Shown here one piece after another: positions 1-8,470 of a stretch of 64,000 bases of DNA. The stretch lies in the sequence record LC819005.1. One strand, written 5' to 3'. Each line of letters begins with the position of its first letter. Positions within the stretch are counted from its first letter, which is position 1. The notes beneath the pieces were generated by a model. It did no database searches, was not told the DNA's origin, and worked only from the letters and a program-made list of their open reading frames with translations. The translations under genes and the position numbers were made by a program.

Positions 1-15
1 CTCTATGCCGCTATG

Positions 16-2247
16 TCAGTAATAATCGCTGGCAAGCTCGCTGATCTTGTCATCCAGGCAGTAGTAGCCCAGCGTTTCGAGGATCAGGTAGAACACAGCC
101 GTACAATCGAGCACCGTACGACGCAAATCCATCGCTTGCACGATTTCCGTCGGCACACCGTGGACCGCGAGACGTTGTTGCGGCAGCAGGAAGGTCGAAA
201 TCGTCTTCTTGCCCGTCTCCTTGAAGTATTTGTCAAGTTCGGTCTTGATGTGCTTGTCTTCGATACCGTCAATCCACGCCGTGATCGAACGTTGGTTCGG
301 CAAATGCACCGGCACCTTGAACACAGCGTAAGGCGGCTCGTCCATGTGACCATATTTCTGGGCAAAGATGCGTTCCCAGAGCATGTAGTGCACATACGGC
401 GACTGTTCCGGCTCTTTCGTGTACGAACCCTTCGACTTGATCTGCTGCGAACGGAAGTAAGCGCTACCACCAGCAATCGCTTCGGTGATGATGTTGCGCT
501 CGATGGTCGCGACTTCTTCCAACAGGTCGGCAATCGAGATCTTCTCACCACGCGCAGCCGTGTCCATGATGTTTTGCATCATTTTCTCGGCTTTCTTCAT
601 GATTGCAGCCGGCACATTCGACGACTTCAGGTGCACGCCCTTGATTTCCATGTCGTACTCGATGAAGAGGTTACCTTCCTGACAGCCGATATACGCAAAG
701 TAGTGCTTACCCACCTGCGTCGGCACAAAGACGTCGAACTTGAACTCGTTCTTCATCGCCACCTGGTAGATGCGCTTCGTAATGATACCGAAGTTAGCCG
801 ACATCCGAGCCAGAATGTGCGTAATCGACTCTGCAGCCAGCCAGATCATCGTCGCAGCCACCGCATTCGTCTCATCGTCCACCAGCATCTTGCCCGTTTG
901 CCACTGCACCCAGTCCTGCACGGTGAAAATGGTCGAGTCTGTATCCGACGTCAGTGCTGCACGACGAATCGAAGTCGGGAAGAACGCCAACGAGGCCGGC
1001 ACGTTTTGCGTCACCAGCAGTGTTTCGATCAACGTACGGTGTTCGATCACCACACGGTGGATGTTGACACAGGTCGCAGCGACATGGCTCAGCTTGACAC
1101 GGTCCTTTTCCATGCGAATGGCTTCGGACTGCTTGAATGCGTCGATTTCCGCGTCAGTTGCCTTTTCACGGATCATCTTTTCCAGCATCTTCTCGTCGAG
1201 CTTCTCGGACAGCTTCTTCCAGTCCACGCCCTTCATCACTTCCGGCAGCAACTGCACCGCCAACGGCACGTACTCACCGCGCAGCTTCTTGATGATCTTC
1301 GACGGTTCCTCAAAGTCACCATAACACGGCGTTGCCAGTTCACCGATAAACTTACGCACCACACCGTCGTTGTACATCGCGACGTGGAACAAGTCACCGA
1401 TATAGACGAATGCTGCCCGCTCGATCGGGGTGAGCTTATCCAGCAATTCCGCAATGATGCGTTCTTGCTTGGCACTCTTCCAGTAGAAGCGCGTCGAGAA
1501 CATCACGCACTGCATCGCTTCGTCGGTCGTCGGATAATGCAGCTTGTACTCGTCCATCAGCTTCTGCATCTGGGCGAGATCCGTGCGGTTAGCGATCGAC
1601 ACGATGTTGTTGATCACAATCGACGGATGGTGATAGTGCCGGTTACCCGACAGCATCTTCTCGTTGTTCGCGTTGCCGTACCCCGAGGTCGAGCGACAGT
1701 TCGAAGTCAGCGTCGAGTGCGAGGTTTTGTTGTGCAGCGGAGTGGAAGTCGAGACATGCCCGCCCGAGATGGCGTTGTTCGAGATCTTGGCGTTCGATTG
1801 TTCGGAATTCTTGAACGTTTCCAGATCCTTGTCACCCGCCATCTTCGCGGCGAACATGGCGTGCTTCGCTTTCGAGCGGATTGCCACGTTCTCGTCGACG
1901 AATTCCACGAGAATCGATTGCTTTTCGTCCGGATGCACGTACGTGGTAAGTGTCGGTGCGATCAGTTCACGGTTCTTCAAGGAATCGGTGAGGTAACCGA
2001 GGAGCGTGCCTTCCTTCTCGACTCGGTCTTCGTAGTTCTCCCGCTCCAGGTACGTCACTTTCGGGTCTTTGAACTCAAAGAGTCCACCCGGCTTCAGGTT
2101 AGCCTTGACGAATTCAGCGCACTTCTCGACTGGATCACCCGTCATGATCGACAGGAATTTCGAAACGTCTTCTACATAGTGCTTCAGCGGATTGATGTCG
2201 CGCTGATAGTCCGAACTCTCAAGAACGAATGGATTTTCGACTGTCAT
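16..2247 (-). CDS. Divergent family-B DNA polymerase, catalytic subunit (phiKZ gp50-like split polymerase)
   Basis: Motif B-like KISNNAISG and motif C ALTSDTDSTIF; N-terminus MTVENPFVLESSDYQRDINP is phiKZ-like. Start moved to ATG at 2247 because the ORF-track extension runs across a terminator. Confidence 0.88.
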   Translation of the reverse strand: MTVENPFVLESSDYQRDINPLKHYVEDVSKFLSIMTGDPVEKCAEFVKANLKPGGLFEFKDPKVTYLERENYEDRVEKEGTLLGYLTDSLKNRELIAPTLTTYVHPDEKQSILVEFVDENVAIRSKAKHAMFAAKMAGDKDLETFKNSEQSNAKISNNAISGGHVSTSTPLHNKTSHSTLTSNCRSTSGYGNANNEKMLSGNRHYHHPSIVINNIVSIANRTDLAQMQKLMDEYKLHYPTTDEAMQCVMFSTRFYWKSAKQERIIAELLDKLTPIERAAFVYIGDLFHVAMYNDGVVRKFIGELATPCYGDFEEPSKIIKKLRGEYVPLAVQLLPEVMKGVDWKKLSEKLDEKMLEKMIREKATDAEIDAFKQSEAIRMEKDRVKLSHVAATCVNIHRVVIEHRTLIETLLVTQNVPASLAFFPTSIRRAALTSDTDSTIFTVQDWVQWQTGKMLVDDETNAVAATMIWLAAESITHILARMSANFGIITKRIYQVAMKNEFKFDVFVPTQVGKHYFAYIGCQEGNLFIEYDMEIKGVHLKSSNVPAAIMKKAEKMMQNIMDTAARGEKISIADLLEEVATIERNIITEAIAGGSAYFRSQQIKSKGSYTKEPEQSPYVHYMLWERIFAQKYGHMDEPPYAVFKVPVHLPNQRSITAWIDGIEDKHIKTELDKYFKETGKKTISTFLLPQQRLAVHGVPTEIVQAMDLRRTVLDCTAVFYLILETLGYYCLDDKISELASDYY

Positions 2248-2310
2248 TGTTGTTGCGTGTTGGTAAGTGGGTGGCACGGCTCGGTGCCTAGCAAAGTATG
2301 GGGACGAAAA

Positions 2311-2360
2311 ATAAAAAAGGCATAAAGGCCGTGGCAGGCGACCGAAGTCGCCCACCACAG
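2311..2360 (-). terminator. Intrinsic terminator hairpin followed by a TTTATGCC late-promoter-like motif
   Basis: GC hairpin GTGG..GGCGACCGAAGTCGCC..CCAC at 2331-2358, then a T-rich tract on the minus strand containing TATG. Confidence 0.7.
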
Positions 2361-2364
2361 ACCC

Positions 2365-2577
2365 TTAAACTTCCATGCCTTCTGAACGCATACTGTCTTC
2401 CACTTGCCAGCCGAGATTCCAGGCGGTTGCCTTGGCTTCCCAGTCAGTGCAGGTTTCTCCTGTAGCGGCCGGCATCATTTCCGGCTTGTAGTAAGGGTTG
2501 TCAATGAAACCACGTCCGAGCGCTCGTGCATTGGCGCCTTGCTTCTGGATATCGGGATGCTGCATAACCTCACTCAT
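2365..2577 (-). CDS. CrpP-related (Rmf/CrpP-like) small protein
   Basis: Pattern G-A-x-A...(D/N)PY...MP-x-x-TGE...W..K..AW..GW matches the CrpP-related family; 70 aa; overlaps the upstream stop. Confidence 0.75.
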   Translation of the reverse strand: MSEVMQHPDIQKQGANARALGRGFIDNPYYKPEMMPAATGETCTDWEAKATAWNLGWQVEDSMRSEGMEV

Positions 2578-3034
2578 TCGGTAATCGTTTCGGCAGCAGT
2601 AGTTGCCACCGGTCCTTGAGATAAACTAGAAGTGCCCGAAGCTTGGCCTGGAATCGGCCGTGTCGGAAGCGCTTCCGGATGTAGTGCGGGTGAACACGCA
2701 CGCTCTCCAGATTCATCCACCGAAGAATGTCAACGAGATCGTCCTGAGGATCTTCCGAACCACCGTTGGTGAATTTGATACGCAGACCGTACAGCAAATC
2801 ATCGCCCGCACATGAATAACGGATCTGTAGCCGCGCCTCGTTCGTCTGAGTGTCGTATTCGACGAGCGCTACGTGGATAAAGTCCTTGTCCACTGGGTAG
2901 ATGTAGAAGTAGTCTTTGTTGACGTCGTACTGTTGGAACTCCTTGCGTAAGTGATGGAGTACAACCGGATGGCTGATCCGGAAGAAGCCTTTCTCGCGTA
3001 GAATCGCGCGAACCTTTTCAATCGTGAGAGACAT
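2570..3034 (-). CDS. Hypothetical protein (154 aa)
   Basis: Protein-like ORF co-oriented with neighbours, downstream of a TATG motif. Confidence 0.75.
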   Translation of the reverse strand: MSLTIEKVRAILREKGFFRISHPVVLHHLRKEFQQYDVNKDYFYIYPVDKDFIHVALVEYDTQTNEARLQIRYSCAGDDLLYGLRIKFTNGGSEDPQDDLVDILRWMNLESVRVHPHYIRKRFRHGRFQAKLRALLVYLKDRWQLLLPKRLPNE

Positions 3035-3055
3035 GGGTTAGTCCTTTATTAACGG

Positions 3056-3430
3056 CGGCATAAACCAGAGACAAACCCCGATGCACGCGAGGTCTATCCC
3101 TGGTTCAGAGGCTCCACAAGTACCACTCAACAATCGTTGTCGATAAATCTGTCATGCGCCCGCTTCGGAGAGTGCGAGACTCCGCGCTGGCTTTACATGG
3201 ATCTACCTAATCCCACACGGGACTTTTCCCTACGTGCTTCACCGCTCGTAGAGGTCAGCAGAGTATCTGAACGATCGTTAGTCCTAGGCTCCACCACAGA
3301 GCCGCTCGCTGCTATCTAAAGGAAGAAAACTTCACAGCGGGATCGAGGATGACCAGTTCCTCGGTCTTTGCATCAAATAGTATCTCGCCGTAAAAAATAA
3401 CCACGAGATACTATCCTTGCTCATTGCTAC
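3056..3430 (-). ncRNA. Candidate structured non-coding RNA (~370 nt), family unassigned
   Basis: No credible minus-strand ORF; many nested stems by eye; promoter-like CACATTAC at 3435-3442 and a terminal hairpin at 3064-3104. Confidence 0.4.
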
Positions 3431-3460
3431 TAGGGTAATGTGTTGCTGAAAAGAACTACA

Positions 3461-5284
3461 TCAGAGCGAAGCGATCGATTGATCCACGTACTTGAACGCC
3501 GAGTACATCACGTCGCTCGCACGGTCTTCAATCCGCGAGAAGATCGTGGCGGACGTATCCTCGTGTGCATAGATCATGCTGATCGCGTTCTGCTGCTCTT
3601 CGCTCATCATGTCCCACAGGTGACGCACCGGACGATCCCACTCGAACCAGGCGTCGACTTCGCCCAGTTCGTCGTCATTCAGCGCACCCTTCAACATCGG
3701 GAAACTGACGTCGACTTCGATATAGTCAAACAGCACCTTGATGATGTCTTGCAGCTGTTTGACATCACGCGCCTTGGCAACGGCAACCGGAATCGGCTTG
3801 AGATCGTAGTCGATGTCCAGGAATACGTGGCCGCGATGATTCACCTGCTTCGGATGTACCGGGTTACCGCCAATCCAGCCATCGTACTTGCCCGCTTCCT
3901 TCTCCATGAACTCCACGAAGCCATTGCTGTCACGTACTCGTTCGGCATTGGCAACCAGTGGCTTCATAGCGTCGTCTAGAACCTCCTGGGGCAGATTGCC
4001 TTCGCGATCCATGGCGGCAGTCACAGTGCGCTCGAACTTCTGCACCAGTGGGCCAGCAAGCCGCGCAAAGGCCTTGGCGTTCTTCGCCATTCGCTGGTTC
4101 ACACCCGAGGCTTCCTTGAACATCTTGGCAAGCGCCGAAGCGATCTCTTCTGGCCGTGGACTATGTCCGTTGATCGAGAGCTTCAGCCCGGAATCAGGCG
4201 TGAAGTCCTTCATCGTCAACTGGAATTGACTCGGATCAGCCATGAACTTGCTGCAGCGTTTCCAGGCCGACTGGATGTCAAAGCGTTCAATCGGTTGTGC
4301 CGTAGGGCCGGTCTTTACCTTGCTGCGGAAGTAGTCTAGGACACCTTCGTTTGCTGGTTGACGCGCCACGAGCTTCTTGTCGAACATCGCGATGTACATA
4401 CCGCAAATGATCGGACCGAGGTCGGTAGTGATCATTTGCGCCAGATCGAATACGTTGTCGTCGTTCTGGCTGGAGAACAATTGACGGAAGATCTCGTCGC
4501 CATTCTTCAGATTGTCGTACTCGATAGCGTCATCTAGACTGTCCCAGTACGGAATGTAGTTATCGCGCGCCAGCTTCTCAGCTTTCTGGGCAACTCCCAG
4601 CAACACACGAATTGCGTCGGCGAATTGCGTCGCTGTCGATTGAGTCGGTGCTTCGAATTCACCAGAGGTTTCGGTACGTGCAAACAACGAGAAAGAACTG
4701 TCCTTCGGCTCGCTGAAATTCACCGGCCACGTATTCTTCTTGCTGTCGAAACCCAATGCCGGGAATGGACGCTTGTACTTCTTACGGGCTCGGTCGACGG
4801 CCGACTCTTTCAGTTGATCTTCGTGCTTGTCCCAAAAACTATCGAGCTCCGCATTGTTCTTGATCGCTTCGGCCTGCTTGCACAGACGACGGCGCAGGTC
4901 TGTGTGAGGGCGCTCCGAGTGTGCGATATCTTCAACGACCGAGAGCATTGCTTCGGCGGCGCGCACGATATCCTGCGGTCGCTTGAGCGCTTGACCGTTC
5001 ACGTTGGCATACTTCAGGCCAGGTACGTGGATATTCTCAGCGCTCTCTTCCAGATTGTTCTTGACCCAGCCCGGATTCTCGTAAGTGTTCTTGAGATCGT
5101 GGTCCAGGTCTTTGGCCACCAGGTCGATTTCATGCCAATCTTTGCCGTGGATCAGGGCCGCGCGTTCTTGTTGTCTGCTCTTATGGGCAAAGAGCTTCTT
5201 GATCGTGTCAACGAAACCTTCGCAGGCGGGTCCGTACTCGCCGAGGTCGACTTCGTGATCTTCTCGCAGTTGCAGAATTTTCAT
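3461..5284 (-). CDS. Probable virion head/inner-body-type protein with cleavable propeptide (607 aa)
   Basis: ATG at 5284 sits just after the upstream stop; N-terminal PACE/GFVDTIKKLF resembles the (S/A/G)-x-E prohead protease site followed by an amphipathic helix, as in phiKZ head proteins. Confidence 0.55.
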   Translation of the reverse strand: MKILQLREDHEVDLGEYGPACEGFVDTIKKLFAHKSRQQERAALIHGKDWHEIDLVAKDLDHDLKNTYENPGWVKNNLEESAENIHVPGLKYANVNGQALKRPQDIVRAAEAMLSVVEDIAHSERPHTDLRRRLCKQAEAIKNNAELDSFWDKHEDQLKESAVDRARKKYKRPFPALGFDSKKNTWPVNFSEPKDSSFSLFARTETSGEFEAPTQSTATQFADAIRVLLGVAQKAEKLARDNYIPYWDSLDDAIEYDNLKNGDEIFRQLFSSQNDDNVFDLAQMITTDLGPIICGMYIAMFDKKLVARQPANEGVLDYFRSKVKTGPTAQPIERFDIQSAWKRCSKFMADPSQFQLTMKDFTPDSGLKLSINGHSPRPEEIASALAKMFKEASGVNQRMAKNAKAFARLAGPLVQKFERTVTAAMDREGNLPQEVLDDAMKPLVANAERVRDSNGFVEFMEKEAGKYDGWIGGNPVHPKQVNHRGHVFLDIDYDLKPIPVAVAKARDVKQLQDIIKVLFDYIEVDVSFPMLKGALNDDELGEVDAWFEWDRPVRHLWDMMSEEQQNAISMIYAHEDTSATIFSRIEDRASDVMYSAFKYVDQSIASL

Positions 5285-5286
5285 GA

Positions 5287-5688
5287 TCAGCTGATCAATT
5301 GCAGGTCGATGTTGTTGTAACCGTTCTGCGTGAGGCACACGCGGATACGTTCCAGGTCTGCCGAACCCACACCGTCGATGATGGCTTGTACCTTGAGGGA
5401 CTCCACCAGTTCGACAGTCTCGTCGATGATCCAGGGCACCCCGACCACGGTCTGATCGCCACTGTCGGTGCGAATCAGCAGGTAGTCGAAGTCCTGGGGA
5501 CGGTTGGGCGTACCCGCGGGCAGATACGGGTAGACGTTGATGTGCAGCGCTTCGATATCAGCAAAGCCCAGGGCCGTGTTGTAATCGAGCTGTGCGAGCA
5601 CGGTAACTTTCTTGAACGACGTGCCGATAATGGCGCTCGGGTACACGTCGAACGAATAAACCTTGCGGTTGACGAATGCAGTAGTCAT
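5287..5688 (-). CDS. Conserved phiKZ-like hypothetical protein (133 aa, beta-rich)
   Basis: YSFDVYPSAIIG...LHINVYPYLP...YLLIR...VGVPWI is a pattern recalled from phiKZ-like phages near the DNA polymerase. Confidence 0.7.
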   Translation of the reverse strand: MTTAFVNRKVYSFDVYPSAIIGTSFKKVTVLAQLDYNTALGFADIEALHINVYPYLPAGTPNRPQDFDYLLIRTDSGDQTVVGVPWIIDETVELVESLKVQAIIDGVGSADLERIRVCLTQNGYNNIDLQLIS

Positions 5689-5756
5689 AGCGAAATGAGG
5701 GTCCGTGAGGGAAACATAAAATTACCCCACACTGCTACGACAAAAAAAATAAAAGG

Positions 5757-5800
5757 CGACATAGAGCGAGCGGGGCTTTCGCCTCGCTCGCCTTATGCCG
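5757..5800. terminator. Bidirectional hairpin terminator flanked by TATG motifs
   Basis: GACATA-GAGCGAGCGGGGCTTTCGCCTCGCTC-GCCTTATGCCG; A-tract upstream. Confidence 0.7.
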
Positions 5801-6181
5801 TCAGAAAAACAAAGCGCTTTCACGATTCACAGTCACCCGTTCATAGCGTCGCTCGTAGAACACGTCGTAAATGCCACGGTCCATGAGGTATGCGTTGAAA
5901 TCTCTTGCGAGATCTTCGAACACCTTGGCGATGTACTTTCTCGTAAAGGTGTCGTGGATATGTAACTCGTCGAGCAGGTCGTCACTGGGGAAGACCGATT
6001 CTTCGTTATCGAAGTACGTCAATTGCCGCCAGTGCTCGAACATCCCCTCAACTATGCGGTTGAAGCATGATGCACTGATCGGCTTGGGCAGAATAATCCG
6101 CTCGATCGCGAGCTTGCACTTCCGGATAGGTATATGCAGGCCGAGCGACAGCGGTGTGGCGGATGGTTGATAGGTTAGCAT
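5801..6181 (-). CDS. Hypothetical protein (~126 aa; start uncertain, alternative 6043)
   Basis: ORF track; member of a dense minus-strand cluster. Confidence 0.55.
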   Translation of the reverse strand: MLTYQPSATPLSLGLHIPIRKCKLAIERIILPKPISASCFNRIVEGMFEHWRQLTYFDNEESVFPSDDLLDELHIHDTFTRKYIAKVFEDLARDFNAYLMDRGIYDVFYERRYERVTVNRESALFF

Positions 6182-6728
6182 CGAAGACAAGTTTTGACAT
6201 GAACAAGTATCTGCCTTGGTGCAGGCAGTAGAACTCGTAAGGGAAGAGCTCTGCACTTGATTTCGTGTGAGTGTCAAAATATGCCAACAGGTGGTCGCAG
6301 ATACACTGAATGCCCTTGATCAGTGCATTGACCTCCCGGGTGCCGCTTTCAAGCGTGAAGGAGGTGTCGTCCAACGTCTGGGCGACCAGTTCCATACGGA
6401 ACGCTTCACGGTTCAGATCGTAATTGCTGCGCGAGGAGATCAACTCCAGCGCTTTCTGAATACACAACTCGTGGGGCGCTGCCAGTACACTCAACGTGTT
6501 GGTGTACATGTTCAGCCGCTGCAAGGGTTCCAGTAGATCCAAACTCACAACGTTTGGGAGGACTGGGTTCGGGCAGTACCCGCCTACGAGGTCATCGCTT
6601 GCATTCAAGAGTGACTGCATGTCAAACGCCTCTTCTCGGTAATCATAGACTCCGGAGATAAATAACTCGGCCGTCAAAAGAGTGGAATTCATAGGGAAAC
6701 TTCCCGTCTGCGTCGTAACGACCTCCAT
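6048..6728 (-). CDS. Hypothetical protein with FPYEF motif (start 6728 or 6692)
   Basis: ORF track; C-terminal LFPYEFYCLHQGRYLF is similar to the neighbouring gene. Confidence 0.65.
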   Translation of the reverse strand: MEVVTTQTGSFPMNSTLLTAELFISGVYDYREEAFDMQSLLNASDDLVGGYCPNPVLPNVVSLDLLEPLQRLNMYTNTLSVLAAPHELCIQKALELISSRSNYDLNREAFRMELVAQTLDDTSFTLESGTREVNALIKGIQCICDHLLAYFDTHTKSSAELFPYEFYCLHQGRYLFMSKLVFDANLSTIRHTAVARPAYTYPEVQARDRADYSAQADQCIMLQPHS

Positions 6729-7026
6729 TCTGGAGCGTCGTGTGTAGGTATTCTGCAACGTTTTTTGTTCTTTCCGCGATTTCGTACATGACTTCGTTGG
6801 CTTCGATATTCTTCTCGGCCAGGCAGTGCTGATAATACTCGCCCTCGGTCATGTCAAATAACAGATCGTTCAGATCCACAGAAAAAGCTTCATCGTACTT
6901 CAACGTGCCCACTAGATCGCTCATGAAGTAAAACTCAGGAGCTCCCACAGAATCTAGTAGTTCCATCAGTTTCTTTAATTCAGGTGCTCTCGGACCTGCA
7001 TGAATGATGGCGTAATGTGGACCCAT
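6643..7026 (-). CDS. Hypothetical protein with FPYEF motif (127 aa)
   Basis: C-terminal KFPYEFHSFDGRVIYL. Confidence 0.7.
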   Translation of the reverse strand: MGPHYAIIHAGPRAPELKKLMELLDSVGAPEFYFMSDLVGTLKYDEAFSVDLNDLLFDMTEGEYYQHCLAEKNIEANEVMYEIAERTKNVAEYLHTTLQNGGRYDADGKFPYEFHSFDGRVIYLRSL

Positions 7027-7035
7027 CTCACACCC

Positions 7036-7467
7036 CTACTTGAGAAGGAACGACCCTGAATCAAACCGGTTGTTCACCGCAATGCACTTGACGTGCTGCA
7101 ACCCGGTATCCTCACCAAGGCGCTTAAGCGAAGTCTTAGCGAATCGGTAGATGTCAAAGGTCCGCCGATAGAACTCGCGCTGTTCACGCTGATACATGTC
7201 CATCGTGGCTGTGTTCTCATCCAGCCGAATGCGGTAATAACTCTCAAACATCTCACCGACTTGCTCCTGGAAGCTCGTCAGATCGCCGTCCAGGACGTTC
7301 TGAAGTGCTACCCCGAAGACTGTACTCGCTCCACCATCAAAGCGACTGAAGAAGTCCCGTTGGTCACGCAGCGTGTAACGCCCCGCGTCACCGACCTGAT
7401 TCGGGTAATTGACGACAATGGCGTTATGGGTAACCATGAATGTGGACCTCAAGAATGTTATCGGCAT
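7036..7467 (-). CDS. Hypothetical protein (143 aa)
   Basis: ORF track; operon-like spacing. Confidence 0.65.
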   Translation of the reverse strand: MPITFLRSTFMVTHNAIVVNYPNQVGDAGRYTLRDQRDFFSRFDGGASTVFGVALQNVLDGDLTSFQEQVGEMFESYYRIRLDENTATMDMYQREQREFYRRTFDIYRFAKTSLKRLGEDTGLQHVKCIAVNNRFDSGSFLLK

Positions 7468-7516
7468 AAAGAGGAGGCTCGGAGTAAAATCACTCCGAGC
7501 GATCCTGGATTGTTGC

Positions 7517-7939
7517 TTAGCCGAACACGCGACCGAACCAATTGATCCAGCGCGGCACCGGCTTGACCACCGACCGGCGATTCAGATTCGTACGGTTGAC
7601 GATCAGGTTCAACTGGTCCAGCTTCTCCACTGGAATGCTGTTGTAGCTGATCTTGAACATCCCCGTTTGCTTGTCGATACCCATGGAAAGGAACTGACCC
7701 TTCCAATTGCACACGGTGAGTTGCGGCTGACCCGTCGGGAAAATCGACTGCTCGTAGTGCGGGAAGAAGCCCGCCAAACGCATCATCCACGGCGACGCAA
7801 ATTGCACGCTGTGGATCGAATCGGTCATGTCGAAGCGCTCGTGATCGTTCGCCTGCTGCTCGGTCAACGCCAGCAGGTTGCCCTCATACAGCTGCGAGCT
7901 GATGAGGTTGATCTTGATTTTAGTTTTAGAGGTGATCAT
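7517..7939 (-). CDS. Hypothetical protein (140 aa) with amphipathic C-terminal helix
   Basis: ORF track; ends PRWINWFGRVFG. Confidence 0.65.
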   Translation of the reverse strand: MITSKTKIKINLISSQLYEGNLLALTEQQANDHERFDMTDSIHSVQFASPWMMRLAGFFPHYEQSIFPTGQPQLTVCNWKGQFLSMGIDKQTGMFKISYNSIPVEKLDQLNLIVNRTNLNRRSVVKPVPRWINWFGRVFG

Positions 7940-7942
7940 ACT

Positions 7943-8470
7943 TCAGGATGGAAAAAGGGTGGCCAGATGCTGCGGCAGAAAGCCGATGCAGCCGGTGATC
8001 ACTGCCCGCCCATCCAACGGAACGAAGCCTGGGTAGACGACGCCTTGGAGGACCGGGGTGTAGACCACCAGTTCGCGGGTTGCGGGATAGAACTTGTACA
8101 AACACTCGTGCGGCCGATGACTGTACTGCTGGTTATCGGGCAACACGATCGACAGCGCACGGTGCGTGATCGTATCCGCCATCGACCAGAAGATCTCGCC
8201 CAGCGCGTCAATTGCGTGAGAGAGCTCCAGCGGTCCCAGCGGAGCTTGTCCGCCGTTGGCGTTCTGAAACACCAACGTACGATCATGTTCCGTATAATGC
8301 GGCTTGGGTGTGAGGGCCAATTCACCGTAGAAGTAATCGGCCAGCATCAACCGCACCGTTTCAGCAACATCGACCACCGTAGCGTCACCAATAAACTCAG
8401 CGAACTGGTGGTCGAGTTCTTGAAGCGTTAAGCGCTTCTCATGGTACTGCGGAATGGCACTCGTGCTCAT
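7943..8470 (-). CDS. Hypothetical protein (175 aa)
   Basis: ATG at 8470 overlaps the upstream TGA (ATGA coupling). Confidence 0.7.
   Translation of the reverse strand: MSTSAIPQYHEKRLTLQELDHQFAEFIGDATVVDVAETVRLMLADYFYGELALTPKPHYTEHDRTLVFQNANGGQAPLGPLELSHAIDALGEIFWSMADTITHRALSIVLPDNQQYSHRPHECLYKFYPATRELVVYTPVLQGVVYPGFVPLDGRAVITGCIGFLPQHLATLFPS

Noticed and set aside
13-2325. Long antisense ORFs in the track (e.g. 13-2325, 22412-23947, 28038-29537, 39896-41731, 42429-46247, 48642-50393)
   Set aside because: Shadow frames opposite strongly codon-biased real genes; composition is rich in His/Arg/Val/Gln with no motifs or SD.
3219-3232. GGGAAAAGTCCC (minus strand) resembling RNase P P4 or group II intron domain I
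   Set aside because: No matching RNase P 3-prime CR-V or group II domain V; kept only as part of the unassigned RNA candidate.
3289-3296. CTCCACCA resembling a tmRNA/tRNA 3-prime end
   Set aside because: No T-arm (GGTTCRAxTCC) upstream and no GGGGCTG-type 5-prime acceptor strand.
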